A DNA stretch of 64,000 nucleotides from Lama glama (lineage: Eukaryota). This document shows positions 1 to 13,852 of the stretch, one piece after another. The position numbers were made by a program, and so were the translations under genes. Below the pieces are notes generated by a model. That model saw nothing but the letters and a program-made list of their open reading frames with translations. It was not told the DNA's origin and did not search any database. The stretch lies in NCBI GenBank assembly GCA_028534125.1, contig CM052816.1, forward strand, positions 4,528,001-4,592,000, in the 5' to 3' direction. How positions within the stretch are numbered: the first letter of the stretch is position 1; each line of letters begins with the position of its first letter.

Positions 1-551
1 GACTGGACCTGCTGGGTGAGCGATCCAAGACATCTGCTCTCCTTCTCAAGCTAGTGTGAGCAGAGTTTCTATTACTACAGCCAAAATGCTCCATGCTAAT
101 AAGTTTATTATCATTATCATCATCACCATCATTAATGTGTTTGTTGTTATTACTGTTATCTATTCAGAAAAAGGAGCAAACCCATCTCTGAAGGAGATCT
201 GCATGTGAACTCCTTAGTAAACAACAGAGGAGGCTTGATGACAAGTCAGAGCTTCATCCAGATAAATGGGTTTCTGAGCTAGAATATCAGAGGTGAGCTT
301 TCTCGTTCAGGTTTCACTGCCCTTAACCTTCAGCAGTGGTCATTTTTCACATGCACCAAAACCATTTCACTGAACTTGGAGTACTCCATTCATCCATCCA
401 CCTGGATGTCAGTGGGAGTGATTTAGAAAGATTACAAATCTCTGTGCCTTTCGATTGTCCTTAGAAGATAGACACAGTCTAGCCTGAGATCCCAAGGCAG
501 CATGAACCACGAATGCCACGATATGAAGTCCAATCTCCATAGGGGGATGAA

Positions 552-1051
552 NNNNNNNNNNNNNNNNNNNNNNNNNNNNNNNNNNNNNNNNNNNNNNNNN
601 NNNNNNNNNNNNNNNNNNNNNNNNNNNNNNNNNNNNNNNNNNNNNNNNNNNNNNNNNNNNNNNNNNNNNNNNNNNNNNNNNNNNNNNNNNNNNNNNNNNN
701 NNNNNNNNNNNNNNNNNNNNNNNNNNNNNNNNNNNNNNNNNNNNNNNNNNNNNNNNNNNNNNNNNNNNNNNNNNNNNNNNNNNNNNNNNNNNNNNNNNNN
801 NNNNNNNNNNNNNNNNNNNNNNNNNNNNNNNNNNNNNNNNNNNNNNNNNNNNNNNNNNNNNNNNNNNNNNNNNNNNNNNNNNNNNNNNNNNNNNNNNNNN
901 NNNNNNNNNNNNNNNNNNNNNNNNNNNNNNNNNNNNNNNNNNNNNNNNNNNNNNNNNNNNNNNNNNNNNNNNNNNNNNNNNNNNNNNNNNNNNNNNNNNN
1001 NNNNNNNNNNNNNNNNNNNNNNNNNNNNNNNNNNNNNNNNNNNNNNNNNNN
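552..1051. other. Assembly gap (500 N)
   Basis: Run of exactly 500 N. Confidence 0.99.
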
Positions 1052-1887
1052 AGTACAGACAGGACAGGTGAGAAAAAAGGATCAGAGGACCTAAGTAACT
1101 CCTCTGGGCTCCGCTGCGTGCCTTGTAAACATTCACTGGGAACTCTCTAAAGTTTACACTTTTTTGAAGGGCACAGTTAATAAATGTGTATCTCTAAGGA
1201 GACAGAAAAGAGCTGGTACAGCCTGCTGCTTCCTGATCTAATCAGTAGCTACCCACATCTCACATTTATTAACTGTTTACTGTCTGAATGGCATTGACTG
1301 AAGAGCTCCCCTTCCTTGAACGGTCTTCCTTCTCACCAAAAAAAAGAAAATTAATTAGGAACTGGACTAGATGCTGTGAGTGATACAAACATAAATAAGG
1401 CAGCCTACATCCTAAAGAAGTTTTCAATCTAATGGGTGAGCAAAAAGTTACAAGGAGGTAACAAGCTTGGACAAAAGGGGGTACTCATTCTGAATGTGAG
1501 ATTAGAAATGTTCATGGAAAAAATAAAATTCACTTTAAGTCCTTAAAAAGTAGATATGATCTGGAATGAGGGGGAAGGAGATGGGATGGAGGCAGAGAAG
1601 ATAAATGAATAAAAAGAATTACGCAAAGAAAAATGAAAGTGATGGTAAAAAAAAATCAATAATAAATAAATGGGGCTGTTCAGAGACCACTGGCCTAAAG
1701 CATTTGAACTTTGTCTGGCAGGTGATGAGAGAGAGAGACAGAAGTTATCTCAATTAGGAAAAAGCAAATGGGCAAAGTAAACTGTGCGCAGTCAAGACAG
1801 TATTGAATTCAAAATTTCAACCTGAGTATCTGGACAGCAATTGCAAGGGGAAAAAAAATGACAAAAATGAAACAAGCCCTTTTCTTT

Positions 1888-2114
1888 TATACATAGTGTG
1901 TGTCAAGCACTATGCTAGAGGTTTTATATACACAATCTCATTTAATCCCCCCAAGAATTCTGAGATTTTTGTTCTTTTTTTTCAGATGAGAACATTGGGA
2001 CTCAGAGAAGTTAAGGGTCTGGTCCAACATCACACAGCTACTAACAGAATGGAATTTGAACCCAAGATGGCTCGTATTAGAACTCAATCATGTAACAATT
2101 ATACTACACTGCCT
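1888..2114 (-). mobile_element. MIR SINE
   Basis: Reverse-complement MIR core: cagatgagaacattgggactcagagaagttaag...catcacacagcta...ggaatttgaaccca. Confidence 0.85.
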
Positions 2115-2724
2115 CTGAGGGCCCAAGCATGAGAACTAAGGGATGAGTACATTCTAAGCACAGCAACATACACATAGCAGAACAGTAGAAAACAACTGTT
2201 TGTGGTATGAATGAATGGGTGGATGAATATATTAATAAGTTTATATATTTACCGAGAAAAAGGTCTCCCACTTTGCTTTCCAATTATTTTCTGCCAACGT
2301 GTTTTATTTTTAAATTCTTTTTTTTACAGTAATAACTTAGAAAAAGGTGGAAAACGACTTCAGATGAACAGATTCCCAGAATTATTAGAATAAAGCATTT
2401 TAGAGATTCAGAATGAGACAGCATCTTGAAGCTAGCCCCTTGGTGCCTCATTTGTCACTACGGCTATCCAACTCTCTCCAGTTAGCTAGTCTAGAAATAA
2501 TTCTGTCCTTAAAGGCTGCTATGGAAAAGACCAGCCTCGCAGGCTTCCAGAAGGAGGTGTCCAGGGAAAATGTTAATAGCCAGATATTTACACGGCTCTG
2601 TCACAAAGCAATAAATACCATTAATGGATGTATTTATGGTACTGCTATAAATTCTATATGTTCTGTACCCTGACAAAAATGTTCTCTATCTTCTAGTTCT
2701 TTTTGTGGGAGGGGAGAGGTAATA

Positions 2725-2925
2725 CAGTCCTAGTCCTACTACTAAATGACATTATGATCCCGGGAAGGTCACTACCTCTCCGAGCTTCAGTTTTCTGACC
2801 CATAAAATGGGAACAATAATGGCACTCATCCCTAGGGTTATTCTGAAAATAAAGTAAAATGATACACACTTAAGTATTTAGCTTGGTGCCAGGAATATGG
2901 TCATATTCCATAACTAGTCACTGCT
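2725..2925 (+). mobile_element. MIR SINE
   Basis: cttcagttttctgacccataaaatgggaacaataat...ctagggttatt resembles the MIR core. Confidence 0.75.
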
Positions 2926-3739
2926 TTATAATTATTACTGTCATCACTGGTGCTTCATTTACATGGAAAACCTTCATGACCCATCTTCCAGCAACAGAGG
3001 CACCTCTTTTAATAAGTATTAAGGTGTTTCTCTTCAAAAATAAAACAGAGGAAACCGTTTTTTCTCTTCCATCACTATTTAATCTGAAATGAAATTTTTA
3101 TCAGGTATCTCATACCTGACAAATAAAATTAAAGGGAACCAGATGACCTGTGACCCTTCCACATGCCTATGAATTGTAGGTGGGGTGTTCATAGTCTGGG
3201 CACGTTACAGTCTTTTCAAGGCACAAAGTGGAACGACCATGAGATACACTGCCGGAGACACAGATGGCCCAGAACGCAAGAGCAAAAGGCTTGTTGGGAG
3301 CAGTAAATTAGAATTCTGTCCCTCTTGTGCCCATGGCACCCCATCAGACAGTATATTTAACAATGGCACTGCAGTAACACACCCTACAGTTAGCACAACC
3401 CCCATGACTTACGCTTCCCGTGGTTTCTGATGCCTTTCCTTTGGCTCAAAGTAGTAATCCTTAGGTAGAAGAATGATGTTTCATTTCACAGCCAGTTCTT
3501 TTTGGATCTCAGAGTTTCTTAGAACTTAAAGCCATGTAACTGATCTGACAGAGAGCCTGTGTACCGGCTGGGGATAAGGTCCAGAACGACAGGGCTAAGA
3601 TGGTAATAGAGCTGAGATTCTAGACCAGGATTTGAGACTGTCTAGATGTGAATCAGAAAATGAGGATGAGAGGTTCTTAGCGTTACGAGTGTGAACCATA
3701 GCATATTAACTCTGGAAAGGCTGTTGGGGATTTTGTTAT

Positions 3740-4278
3740 TCCAAGTTGGCAAACTGGTGGCCTTCAAGTCAGAAGAAGCCCAAAGGAAACTTACGTTTGA
3801 TGCACACAGCCTTTAAGATTAATGTGAAGGAAACACTAACATTTAAAAATTGGGAGATTGCAGATAAAGCTCTAAATTTCCTGGCTTCTCATAAAGAATC
3901 TGAAGATTTTGATAACCCTGGGTCCACGGGCAACAATCTAAGTATCAGTTACCACTTCAAGGATTTACTGGGGTCCTCATCACCTCTAAGTTCCCTCAAC
4001 ATCAAGGTGAAAGGTGAGCTGTCACTTACATTAAGACTATGCTACAGTATTTCCTATAAGCATCAAAAGTAGGAGCATACAACATAGACTGGGGGAGTTT
4101 GTTTTTTCAAGAAAGGTGAGAGAGAGAAAATGTATGTGAGGGCAATTTCTACGCATTTAATATCCAAACAAAGCATGCCTTTGTGTAAAGAACGCAATTT
4201 AAGACAGACATCATTTTGAAACAAACACGTCATGATTCACCTCTCTGGTCCCTACTGACATCTGAGTTTGTAGCCTTG
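3740..4278. mobile_element. hAT-Charlie non-autonomous DNA transposon (MER102-like)
   Basis: Ends gttggcaaactggtggcc and catctgagtttgtagcc; internal tttaaaaattgggagatt...ctggcttctc...gaagatttt resembles MER102 as recalled. Confidence 0.55.
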
Positions 4279-4536
4279 AGCTAGTAACCCGACCCCATCA
4301 GTGTACAGGAGGAGAAATGGAGGCATAGAGAAAACTCAAAATGTCGGGAACATAGAACTCCAGAGTGTCCTTGACCACCTTGGCACCAGAGTAGCAATCT
4401 ATTGAAAGGTAACTCACACAGTAAACTATAAAGTGTCCATGTAAATGGTTTGTGCTAAAAAGGCAGACAGTGGAGCGAAGCAGTCAGGGGGATTGAGCAG
4501 AGGCATAGGATCTGATCTAAATTTTGAAGGAAGGTA

Positions 4537-5333
4537 TGTTGGACATCACATTTGCAACCCTGCAAATCCCCTTGGTGCTGACCAGTTCTACACAGGCTTC
4601 AACCAGCTCTCTGCAGGTCCTGCTCTGAGGCTTGGCTTTTCACATGCACAACTCAGTGCAGGGGAGTTAATACTCCTTGGGGCAATCTTTGAGTAAAGGG
4701 GATGGGAGTTAATGGCTAAATGTTTATTTCCTCCAAGTGTACCCTTGGATAACAACTCTATATGGCTTCTCAAAAGCCACACCCTCCTGTAATGGTTGCC
4801 AATCCAATGAGATATTCTCATATTTCTCTTCCTCTTCCCCTACTGTCTTAGTCAGTTCAAGCTGCTGTAACAAAAATATATCATAGACTGGGTAGCTTAA
4901 ACAACAAACACTTAGTTCTCACTCTTCTGGAGGCTGGAAAGTTCACCATCAAGGTACTAGCAGATTTAGTGTCTAGAGAGAATCCACTTCCTAGCTTGTA
5001 GACAGCTGCCTTCTCACTGTGCCCTTATAAGAGGGAGAGAGAAAGAGAGAGGGAGAGAGAAGTCTTTTGTGTCTCTTCTTATAAGAGCACTAATCCCATT
5101 CATGAGGAATCCCCCCTCATGACCTAATTACCTCTCAAAGCCCTTACCTCCAGATTCCATCACATCCAGGGTTAAGCTTTAACCTATGAATTTTGGAAGG
5201 AAGCAAACGCTTAGTGCATAACACCCAGTCACCCTAGTCATCATTCCTGGTAGCAAGGAACACAACCCCAAATGAACTACTCTCCCAGAAGCTTTTGTCC
5301 CAGGCCTTGCTTTAGGGAACTTTGGCTGAAACA
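4537..5333 (+). mobile_element. ERVL solo LTR (LTR16-like), interrupted by MLT1A
   Basis: ggggagttaatactccttggggcaatc...gggatgggagttaatggctaaatg before the MLT1A; 3' end cccaaatgaactac...ccaggccttgctttagggaac...gaaaca after it. Confidence 0.7.
4844..5223 (-). mobile_element. MaLR solo LTR (MLT1A-like)
   Basis: TG...CA termini; gctgctgtaacaaaa...ttctggaggctgg...ataagagcactaatcccattcatgagg...ctcatgacctaattacctc. Confidence 0.9.
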
Positions 5334-5660
5334 CCAAGCTCAGTGGTAGTGGAAAGGAAATATCATTTTAAATAGGAAAGAAGGCAGGTGGTATTCAGAG
5401 AACAGGACCATGTATCTCTAATGTAACCCTTTTGGCAAAAGAATGCCTAGGAATAATTGGTTTCCTCAGTGTTACATCACACAAACTCTTGTGAGTTTTA
5501 ATTAAAGGATATTAGAAATGCCCTAAGTATGCCCTGTTCAGCGACACTGCCAAAACTCTTTGAAATAGAGCTGTAAATTTAAAACATCACAGGGGTTAGA
5601 ACTGAAGTTTATTTTCTTTTTGCTTTGGTTTAAAATTCAAGTCAAAACATTCAAGAGGTA

Positions 5661-7595
5661 CAAAAATCAGTTGCATTTCTTTACACTAACAATGAATTAG
5701 CAGGGAAAGAAAGTGAAGAAACAATCCCTTTAAAAATTGCATCCAAAACAATAAAATACTGAGGAATAAATCAGACCAAGGAAGTGAAAGACTTACACAT
5801 GGAGAACTACAAAACACTAAGGAAATTAAGGATGACTTAAAGAAATAGAAAGATATCCCATACTCTTGGAATGGAAGAATCAATATGATTAAAATGGCCA
5901 TACTGCCCAAGGCAATCTACAGATTCTTAATGCAATCCCTATCAAATTACCCAGGACAATTTTTACAGAACTAGAACAAACAATCCTAAAATTTATATGG
6001 AATCACAAAAGACCCAGAATTGCCAAAGCAATACTGAAGAAAACGAACAAAGCTGGAGGAATAACCCTCCCAGACTTCAGACAATACTACAGAGCTACAG
6101 TCATCAAAACAGCATGGTATAGGCATAAAAACAGACATGTGGCTCAATGGATCAGAATAGAGAGCCGAGAAATAAATCCACAGACCTATGGTCAATTAAT
6201 CTTTGACAAAGGAGGCAAGAATATACAATGGAGAAAAGACAGTCTCTTCAGCAGGTGATGTTGGGAAAACTGGATAGCAGCATGTAAATCAATGAAGTTA
6301 GAACACTCCCTCACTCCATACACAAAAGTAAACTCAAAATGGCTTAAAGACTTAAATATAAAAGAAAACATGATAAATCTCCCAGAAGAAAACATAGGCA
6401 AAATATTTTCTGACATAAATCTTAGCAATGTTCTCCTAGGGCAGTCTACCCAGGCAATAGAAATTAGAGCAAAAATAAACAAATGGACCTAATTAAACTT
6501 ACAAGCTTTTGCACAGCAAAGGAAACCATAAGCAAAACAAAACGACAATCTATGGGATGGGAGAAAATATTTGCAAATGATAAAACTGACAAAGGCTTAA
6601 TTTCCAGAATATATAAACAGCTCATACAACTTAATAACAAAAAAACAAACAACCCAATCCAAAAATGGGCAAAGGACCTAAACAAGCAATTCTCCAGTGA
6701 AGACATACAAATGGCCAATAGGCACATGAAAAATGCTCAGTGGCATTAATTATTAGAGAGATGCAAATTATCAGAGATACCTAAAATGAGTTATCACCTC
6801 ACACCAGTCAGAATAGCCATCATTCACAAGTCCATGAATGATAAATGCTGGAGAGGATGTGGAGAAAGGGTACCCTCCTACACTGCTGATGGGAATGTAG
6901 TCTGGTACAGCCATTATGGAAAATGGTGTGGAGATGTCTCAAAAAACTAAAAACAAACCTACCATATGATATGGAAATCCCACTTCTGGGTACATATCTG
7001 GAGGGTACTGTAATTTGAAAAGATACATGCATCACAGTGCTCACAGCAGTACTCTATATAATAGCCAAGACATAAAAGCAACCTAAATGTCCATCATCAG
7101 ATGAATGCATAAAGAAGTTGTAGTATATTTCTACAATGAAATACTACTCAGCCATGAAAAAGAATAAAATAATGCCACTTATAGCAACATGGATGATTGT
7201 CATTCTAAGAGAAACAAGCCAAAAAGAGAAAGAAAAATACCATATGATATCACTCATATGTGGAGTCTTAAAAAAGGAAAATAAAAAAGGACATTATGAA
7301 CTCATCTACAAAACAAAAAATAGACTCACAGATTTAGTAAACAATCTTATGGTTGCCAGAGAAAGGGGGTGGGAGGGGATAAATTTGGGAGTTTGAGATT
7401 TACAAATGTTGGCCACTATATACAAAAATAGATTTTTTTAAAAAGTTTATTTTGTATAGTACAGGGAACTATGTTCAATATTGTGTAATAACCTTTAATG
7501 AAAAAGAATATGAAAATGAATATATGTATGTATATGCATGACTGGGACATTATGCTGTACCAGAAATTGATACATTGTAACTGATTTTTTAAAAA
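5661..7595 (+). mobile_element. 5'-truncated LINE-1 (ORF2 C-terminus + 3' UTR), relatively young
   Basis: ORF2 remnants in the ORF track ([43 protein letters not shown]) with stops and frameshifts; L1 3' UTR and A-rich end. Confidence 0.95.
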
Positions 7596-7857
7596 AATTT
7601 CAAGAAAGTTTCAATTAAATTTGATAACCAAAATTTTTAGAACTCTCTCAAGATGTGTCCCAAAATTCAAATGATGTCATTATTTAAGATAGTGTCTTTA
7701 TTTTAAGTGGGTTTGGGTTCATTCTATAGTCTGATTTTACCTTTCTTGATAATTTTGATGAGTGACACTTGCCTTTCAGGATCCCAAAGGTCAGATTTCA
7801 GGTGATTTCTGAAGGTCCTTAGTCAGGAAAACGTGTGTGTGCTATCTGACCATAGAT

Positions 7858-7945
7858 AAGATTCTAGCACTCATTCCCTAGATGAGCTTAGCCAAGTTCC
7901 CTTCCCTCTGTGTGCCTCAGTTTCCACATCTGTAAAATGAGGCAC
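7858..7945 (+). mobile_element. MIR fragment
   Basis: ctctgtgtgcctcagtttccacatctgtaaaatgagg. Confidence 0.75.
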
Positions 7946-10516
7946 ATTAACCATATTCTTGGAGGAAATCTGCACATTTTGTAGTCCTGCCCTATGGTGT
8001 GAATCCCTTAATTAGACATCCCAGAAAACCAAACATATGCTTCAGCATGAATATTCCCCGTAACCTCTACCATATGCTTTCCAAAATAGCCCACTCCATG
8101 TTTCAGAGAGTGCTCAACTGTTTCTGTTGGCCAAAGTGCTAGTTTAAAATTCTCATGAATGGAAACAAGACAGTTGTTTGTTTTGTGCTTGCTTGCTTAT
8201 TTGTTTATGTATCTGCTTGACAAAAGACCTGCTCCAAATATAATTCAATGGGCAAAGAGGTTTCACAACTGTAAGTGTCCCAAGTTTACCAGCAGCGTCA
8301 ATGATTTTCTTGCTATCTTTTCTTTTATGGTCATGTTAGTTAGCTTTGAAATTTCTTTCCAAAATTCTCTTGGATTTTGTGACTTTAATTAATTGCCCAG
8401 TCTACAAAACTGAGAAACAATTTTTTCCCCAAATGCAACATGATTCCTCAGAGCCCTGGAAGTGGCAAGACCCAAACGATGGTAGACATACATCCTAAAA
8501 ATCCCCATCTTCCTCTGCGTAAGCCTGATTCTATTGACTTCTCTGGCCTTCAACCCACATCTCATGTCCAGTATCAGTACAACTGGGATTGAATATCAGT
8601 TATTTTAATCCCACAGTCTTAGGCTCAGGATAATGCTTCTAAAACTCTTCTCAGAGCAAGTACATGGCAAAGAGTTCTGGCCCGGCCCAGTCCTTGACTT
8701 CTGCCTGGGAAGATCCGGAGTCAGTCACTGGCCGGGTCCTCTGGTGTGGGTGCTCTCTGATGAAGCACCTGTAGGTGTCAGGGCCTGGCTTACATCCACA
8801 TCTTCCCTTCTGGCTGGATTTCATTGGTCAAATGTGGGCTTTTAGCTCACATCTGTCTTCCGGGCTGGCCACATCCTACGTACTAGTATTTTGGCAGACA
8901 GTAAAAGCACCCCCATCACAGCTGTCTCTGTGTGGCCCTGCACATCCAGCCCTCTTAATTAACTGACTTGCCTTAAGCTCATTATGCAGAATCTTACCCC
9001 TAAACCCAACAGTCTAGTCTTTCCCATTTTGCACATTTTTTATTAGATTGATTCCTAGGTACTTGGTATTATGCTTGCTCTTACGTTTAAAATTTACGTT
9101 TTACGTTTAAAAATATGTTTAAAAATTTCTTTTTTGTTTGTTTGCTTGCTTCTGGTTTATAGAACTATAACCAGAGTTCTACAGTAAAACTATGATAACA
9201 AGCTCTGTAATAATGCAAATTTGGATAAAAGCAGCTGGTGTTTGAGTGCTCTGCCTGCTCTCCATTCTTAGAGATACATGGCCCAAACCACATGTCTTCT
9301 GGGGGCAGGAGGGACATAATTAAAAAGTGACAGCTTCAGCCTGGGGGCCATGTGGGACTTTCTTTGGTCAGTATATAGTCAGTTGGGTAAAGAATAAGTT
9401 TCATCATTTTTATTTTGTACTTTGTGTGTCAACACAGATGATCTGAAACAGTCTACATTAATCTCACCAGAAATGAACCCTCACATTTTACTGATTGAAT
9501 TTTCGGACCACACTTATAACATTATGATGGGATACTGAAGTACATTGATCTCACTTCTAGCAATTTTGCTAGGTTTGTTTATTGCCTCTAATAATTTGCT
9601 ATAGATTCTTTAAAATTTTCTACGTCAACTACAAGTAATGAAATTGTTTTCTTCTTTCCTTATGCCTTTTTTCACCCTATTTTTACTCAGTTTTCTTTAA
9701 AGTCATTTATTTGCAACATATTATCAGTAAGTCAAAGACCATTTAACTAAAAACAAAAAAGAGGAAAACCATGTTCTATTTTCAAATGAACAAATAATGT
9801 TAGGCACCCATGAAAAAAATTAAAAAATTAGTGTGCATTAAGTGATGGCTTGGGAGAAGAAAGACTTCAGGAAATATGTATATTTTTCCTTAAATGAAGA
9901 CATTTAGCTTTATGTGTTTCGAGTATCTTGGTTCTTGGTACTATGGTGACAGGAGACATAAATACACTTTTTCAGGTAAATAATGAAATGTGATCTTTTT
10001 TTCAGCTTTTTTAAGGTAACATTATTTGACAAATAAAACCAAAAGATCTATAAAGTGTACATCATGATGATTTGGTATATGTATACATTGTGAAAGGATT
10101 CCTCAATCTAGTTAATTATCATATCCATCACCTCATATATTTACCTTTACTTGTGAGAACATTTAAATTCTACTCTCCTTGCAAATTCCACTATAATACA
10201 GTGTTATCAACTATAGTCACCATGTTATACAGTAGATCCTCACACCTTATTCATCTTACAGCTCAAAGTTTTACCACCTCTCCCCATGTCCCCCACTTCT
10301 CATCCCCTACTAACCACTCCTCTGATCTCTTTTTTCTATAAGGTTTTTTTTTTTTAGATTCTACACATAAATGAGATTATACATTATTTGTCTTTTTCTG
10401 TCTGGTTTATTGCACTTAACATATTCTCTCAAAGTCCATCCATCATGTTGTAAATTGCAGGATTTCCTTCTTATAACTGAAAAAAATCCTACCACGTATA
10501 TATACACACAAACACA

Positions 10517-10688
10517 GAGATGACACTTGACAACATGGGTTTGAACTGCACAGGTCCATTTATGTGTGGATATTTTTCAATAGTAAATACTACAGTACTA
10601 CATAGACCATAGTTGGCTGAGTGTGGATGCAGAGGAACAGCAGATATGGAGGACCTACGATAAGTTATGTGTGGCTTAACCCCCTCCA
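10517..10688 (+). mobile_element. Tigger2a-like MITE (partial)
   Basis: tgacacttgacaacatgggtttgaactgcacaggtccatttatgtgtggat; opposite-orientation relative of 21328-21544. Confidence 0.8.
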
Positions 10689-10715
10689 TAAGTATATCTA
10701 CATACCCAGATAGAG

Positions 10716-10779
10716 ATATATATTAGTATTGATATATATATATATCAATATATATATATCAATATATATATATATATAT
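10716..10779. repeat. Interrupted (TA)n microsatellite containing a 24-bp perfect palindrome
   Basis: tattgatatatatatatatcaata (10727-10750) is self-complementary. Confidence 0.9.
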
Positions 10780-11019
10780 CCGTAACATCTTTTTATCCTG
10801 TCATCTGCTGGTGGACACTTAGGTTGTTTCCATATCTTAGCTATTGTGATATTGTGAATAATGCTGCAGTGCACATGGGGGTGTAGATATCTTTGGATCT
10901 TGTGTTTTCATTTCCTTTGCATTTATACCCAGAAGTGTGATAGGTGGATCATATCATAGTTCTATCTCCAATTTAACGAAGGATATAAATGTCTAGAGTA
11001 GACATTCTCATAATGTCAC

Positions 11020-12720
11020 CAATACCAAAGGGAAAGTTTCAATATTTCACCATTAAATATAGTATTTTCTTTAAGTCTTTTATAGAAATCCTTTATCAAA
11101 TTAAGAAAGTCCCTATTTTTTATTTGGTAAGTGTTTTCATCATATATGGATACTGAATTTTACCAAACACATTTTTCTACATCTATTGAAGTTATTATAG
11201 GATTAAGTCTCTAATGTTTAACACAACTTAATGTTCCTTGACTAAATACAACTTGGTTTCTACATAATATATAAATATATAATGGTTTTCATCTTATTAT
11301 ATAATGTTTGATTCAATTTGCTAATATTTTGCTTGGGGTTTTTGCATTTATTGTCATAACTGAGATTGCTCTGCTTATTATGCTGTCAAACACTACCCTC
11401 AGAAAATAATTTGGATAGTATATTTTCTTTTTCTTTTCTCTGGAAAAGTTGGTATAAAGCTATAATTATTTCCTATTGAACCTGGATAGCATTCACTAAC
11501 ACAGCCATCAGGTTTTGAAGGTTTCTTTGAGGAAAGCTTATGAAAAACAGATTTAATTTTTTTTTTTTTACTTATAGGATTTTCAGGTTTTCAGTATCTT
11601 CTTGTATTCATTTCATTATTTGTAACTGCCTAAGAATTTGTCCATTTATTATAAATTTTCAAACTGTGGCATAAAATTATAGTACCTTCTTGTTGCCTTT
11701 TAAAAGTATCTGAAGACTCTAAGGATGTTTTCTTTTTATATATCTACTCTTGGCTGTTTCTTTTATTTCTTCATCAGTTTTACCTGTAGTTATTCATTTA
11801 TATCATTTTTTTAAGAGCCAAATTTTAGTTTTGTTGATTTTCATTCTTGTCTATATGTTTTCAATGTTATTTTTATTTGCTTCCTTTATTTGCTTTGGAT
11901 TTTGCTATTTATTGCATTCTTCATTTGTGTTCTATTTTCCCCAGCATTTTTGTCTGTTTGTTCCATCAGCTAGAAAGAGAGGTTTGTTCATTTTTTTTAC
12001 ATTGTAGATTTGTTCATTTCTTCTTGTTGCCTGTCAATTTTTTTTGAGACATTTTGAGGCCATATTCTTTATAAGTATGCAAATATGTCTTTAAATTGAA
12101 TGATATCTTACATTATAAAATGACTTTCTGTATCTCTAATAATGCTTTCATGTCTTAAGTTTGGTGATACTAATATGGCTACACCAGCTTACTTTTGATT
12201 AGTATCAGCACAGTTTATCCATTCCCATCCCTTTACTATGTATGTTTTTCTATTCTTATATTTTAGATCTCTCTCTTATAAACAATATAGAATAGGATTT
12301 ATTTTTAATCTTGTCTGAAAACTGGATCCTATTAATTAGAATTTTCAGTTCATTTGCATTTATGTCATGAATAATATATTTAGGTTTGATCAGCTGTCTC
12401 ACACGCTTTCTATTTGTCACACCTTTTCTACTTTCTTTCTTTCCCTTTTTGGCCTTATTCTGAAGTAATTATTATCATTCCATTTTTTAAACCGCAAAAA
12501 ATTTTGGGATTATATATACTGGTTTCTTTTTTTTAATTGGTACATTAGGGATTACAACATGAACCTTTAATTTATTAAAATCTAATTTCAAAAAATACCT
12601 TTATTCTTCCTTACAGACAATTGAGGTAACTTATTTACTATCATCTTAACTTAGATGCATTTGTTATGCAATTAATTCTTTATTTTTAAAATTCCACAGT
12701 ATATTACTATTATTTTTGTA
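11020..12720 (-). mobile_element. Old LINE-1 (L1M/L1ME-like) ORF2 fragments
   Basis: T-rich antisense L1 motifs: aaagggaaagtttcaatatttcaccattaa, attcaatttgctaatatttt, taatatggctacaccagctt. Confidence 0.7.
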
Positions 12721-12731
12721 AAGCTCATTTA

Positions 12732-13199
12732 AAAGAATACCTCAGAGATAATGTGGACTTGGTTCCAGACCAATGCAATAAAGCAAATATTGTGGGTCAC
12801 ATGAATTTTTTTGGTTTCCCAGTGCATATAAGAGTCATATTTGCAAGATACTGAAGTCTATTGAGTGTTCAATGGCATTACAGCTGAGAAAACATGCATA
12901 TATCTTAATTCCAGAATACTGCAAAAAATGCTAAGCATCACCTGAGCCTTCAGGAAGTTGTAGTTGTAACACCAAAGATCAATGAGCACATATCACCAAA
13001 CAAAGGTGACAATGAAAACCTCTGAAATGTTGCAAGAATCACCAAAATGTGACACAGAGACATGAAATGAGCAAATGCTGTTGGAATAAAAATGGTGCCA
13101 ATAGACTGGTTTGATGTAGGGTTGCCACAAAGCTTCAATTTATTAAAAACATGTATCTGCAAAGCTCAACAGCAAAGCACAATAAAATAAATTGTGCTG
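12732..13199 (-). mobile_element. Tigger1-derived internally deleted element (TcMar-Tigger)
   Basis: Both Tigger1 ends (atacctcagagata...ggttccagacca and aaaatgtgacacagagacatgaaatgagca...gttgccacaaa); flanked by TA. Confidence 0.9.
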
Positions 13200-13454
13200 T
13201 ATATTTATTGTTTATTGTTTATTCCTTCTTGTATCTCAAATTTTCCATCAGAGACTCTTTCCTTCTTCTGAAGTTTCTCCCTGAGAATTTACTTTAGTGA
13301 GGACCTGATGGTAGCAAAATAATTTAATAACTGATTGTGTAAAAATATTTAAATGTTGCTTCCAATTTTTAAAGTTATTTCCTTGTACATTGAAGATAGT
13401 ATTCCACTGGCTTCTGGCTTCCCTTTTGTTGTCAAGTTGGCTTTCACTCTAGCA

Positions 13455-13675
13455 CAAGGGTAATCGAACTACACTCCACAGACAAATCTAGCCCATATCC
13501 TATTTTCATCAATAAAGCTTTATTATAATACAGCAAAGACCATTCATTATATATCATCTACGGCTTCCCTCACACTAATGGCAGAGTTCAGTGGTTGTAA
13601 CAAAGACCATGTGGCCCTCAACGTTCCAAACAACTACTTCTTTGAAACTTTTTAGAAAAGTTTTGCTGACCCCTA
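13455..13675. mobile_element. MER58A-like hAT-Charlie MITE
   Basis: TIR-like caaggg...gctgacccct; internal atggcagagttcagtggttgtaacaaagaccat; flanks ctctagca / gtctaggc share the Charlie NTCTAGNN target core. Confidence 0.85.
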
Positions 13676-13852
13676 GTCTAGGCTTAATTCCCTTTGAAGG
13701 TAATTTATTTTTATTGGCTTCCTTGAAGATTTTTTCTATTTCTGTGAATTTCTCCATTTTTATTACAACATGCCTTTATAAAATTTACCCACTTGAAAAT
13801 TTTTGGATACCACATCTGTTATTGGTACATAAAAATTCTGAATTATTACCTC

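Larger units (their letters stand above)
9995..10975 (-). mobile_element. LINE-1 3' end (L1MA-like), interrupted by a Tigger MITE and an AT microsatellite
   Basis: Antisense L1 3' UTR (tatacattgtgaaagg...ctatagtcaccatgttatacagtagatc) and ggacacttaggttgtttccatatcttagctattgtga. Confidence 0.85.

Noticed and set aside
432..1136. Long ORFs spanning N runs (also at 25.4-26.1, 43.2-43.8 and 59.8-60.45 kb)
   Set aside because: They are open only because N codons contain no stops.
3413..3459. Possible minus-strand internal exon (AAG acceptor, GTAAGT donor)
   Set aside because: 47 nt (not a multiple of three), weak acceptor, no recognisable peptide and no partner exons.
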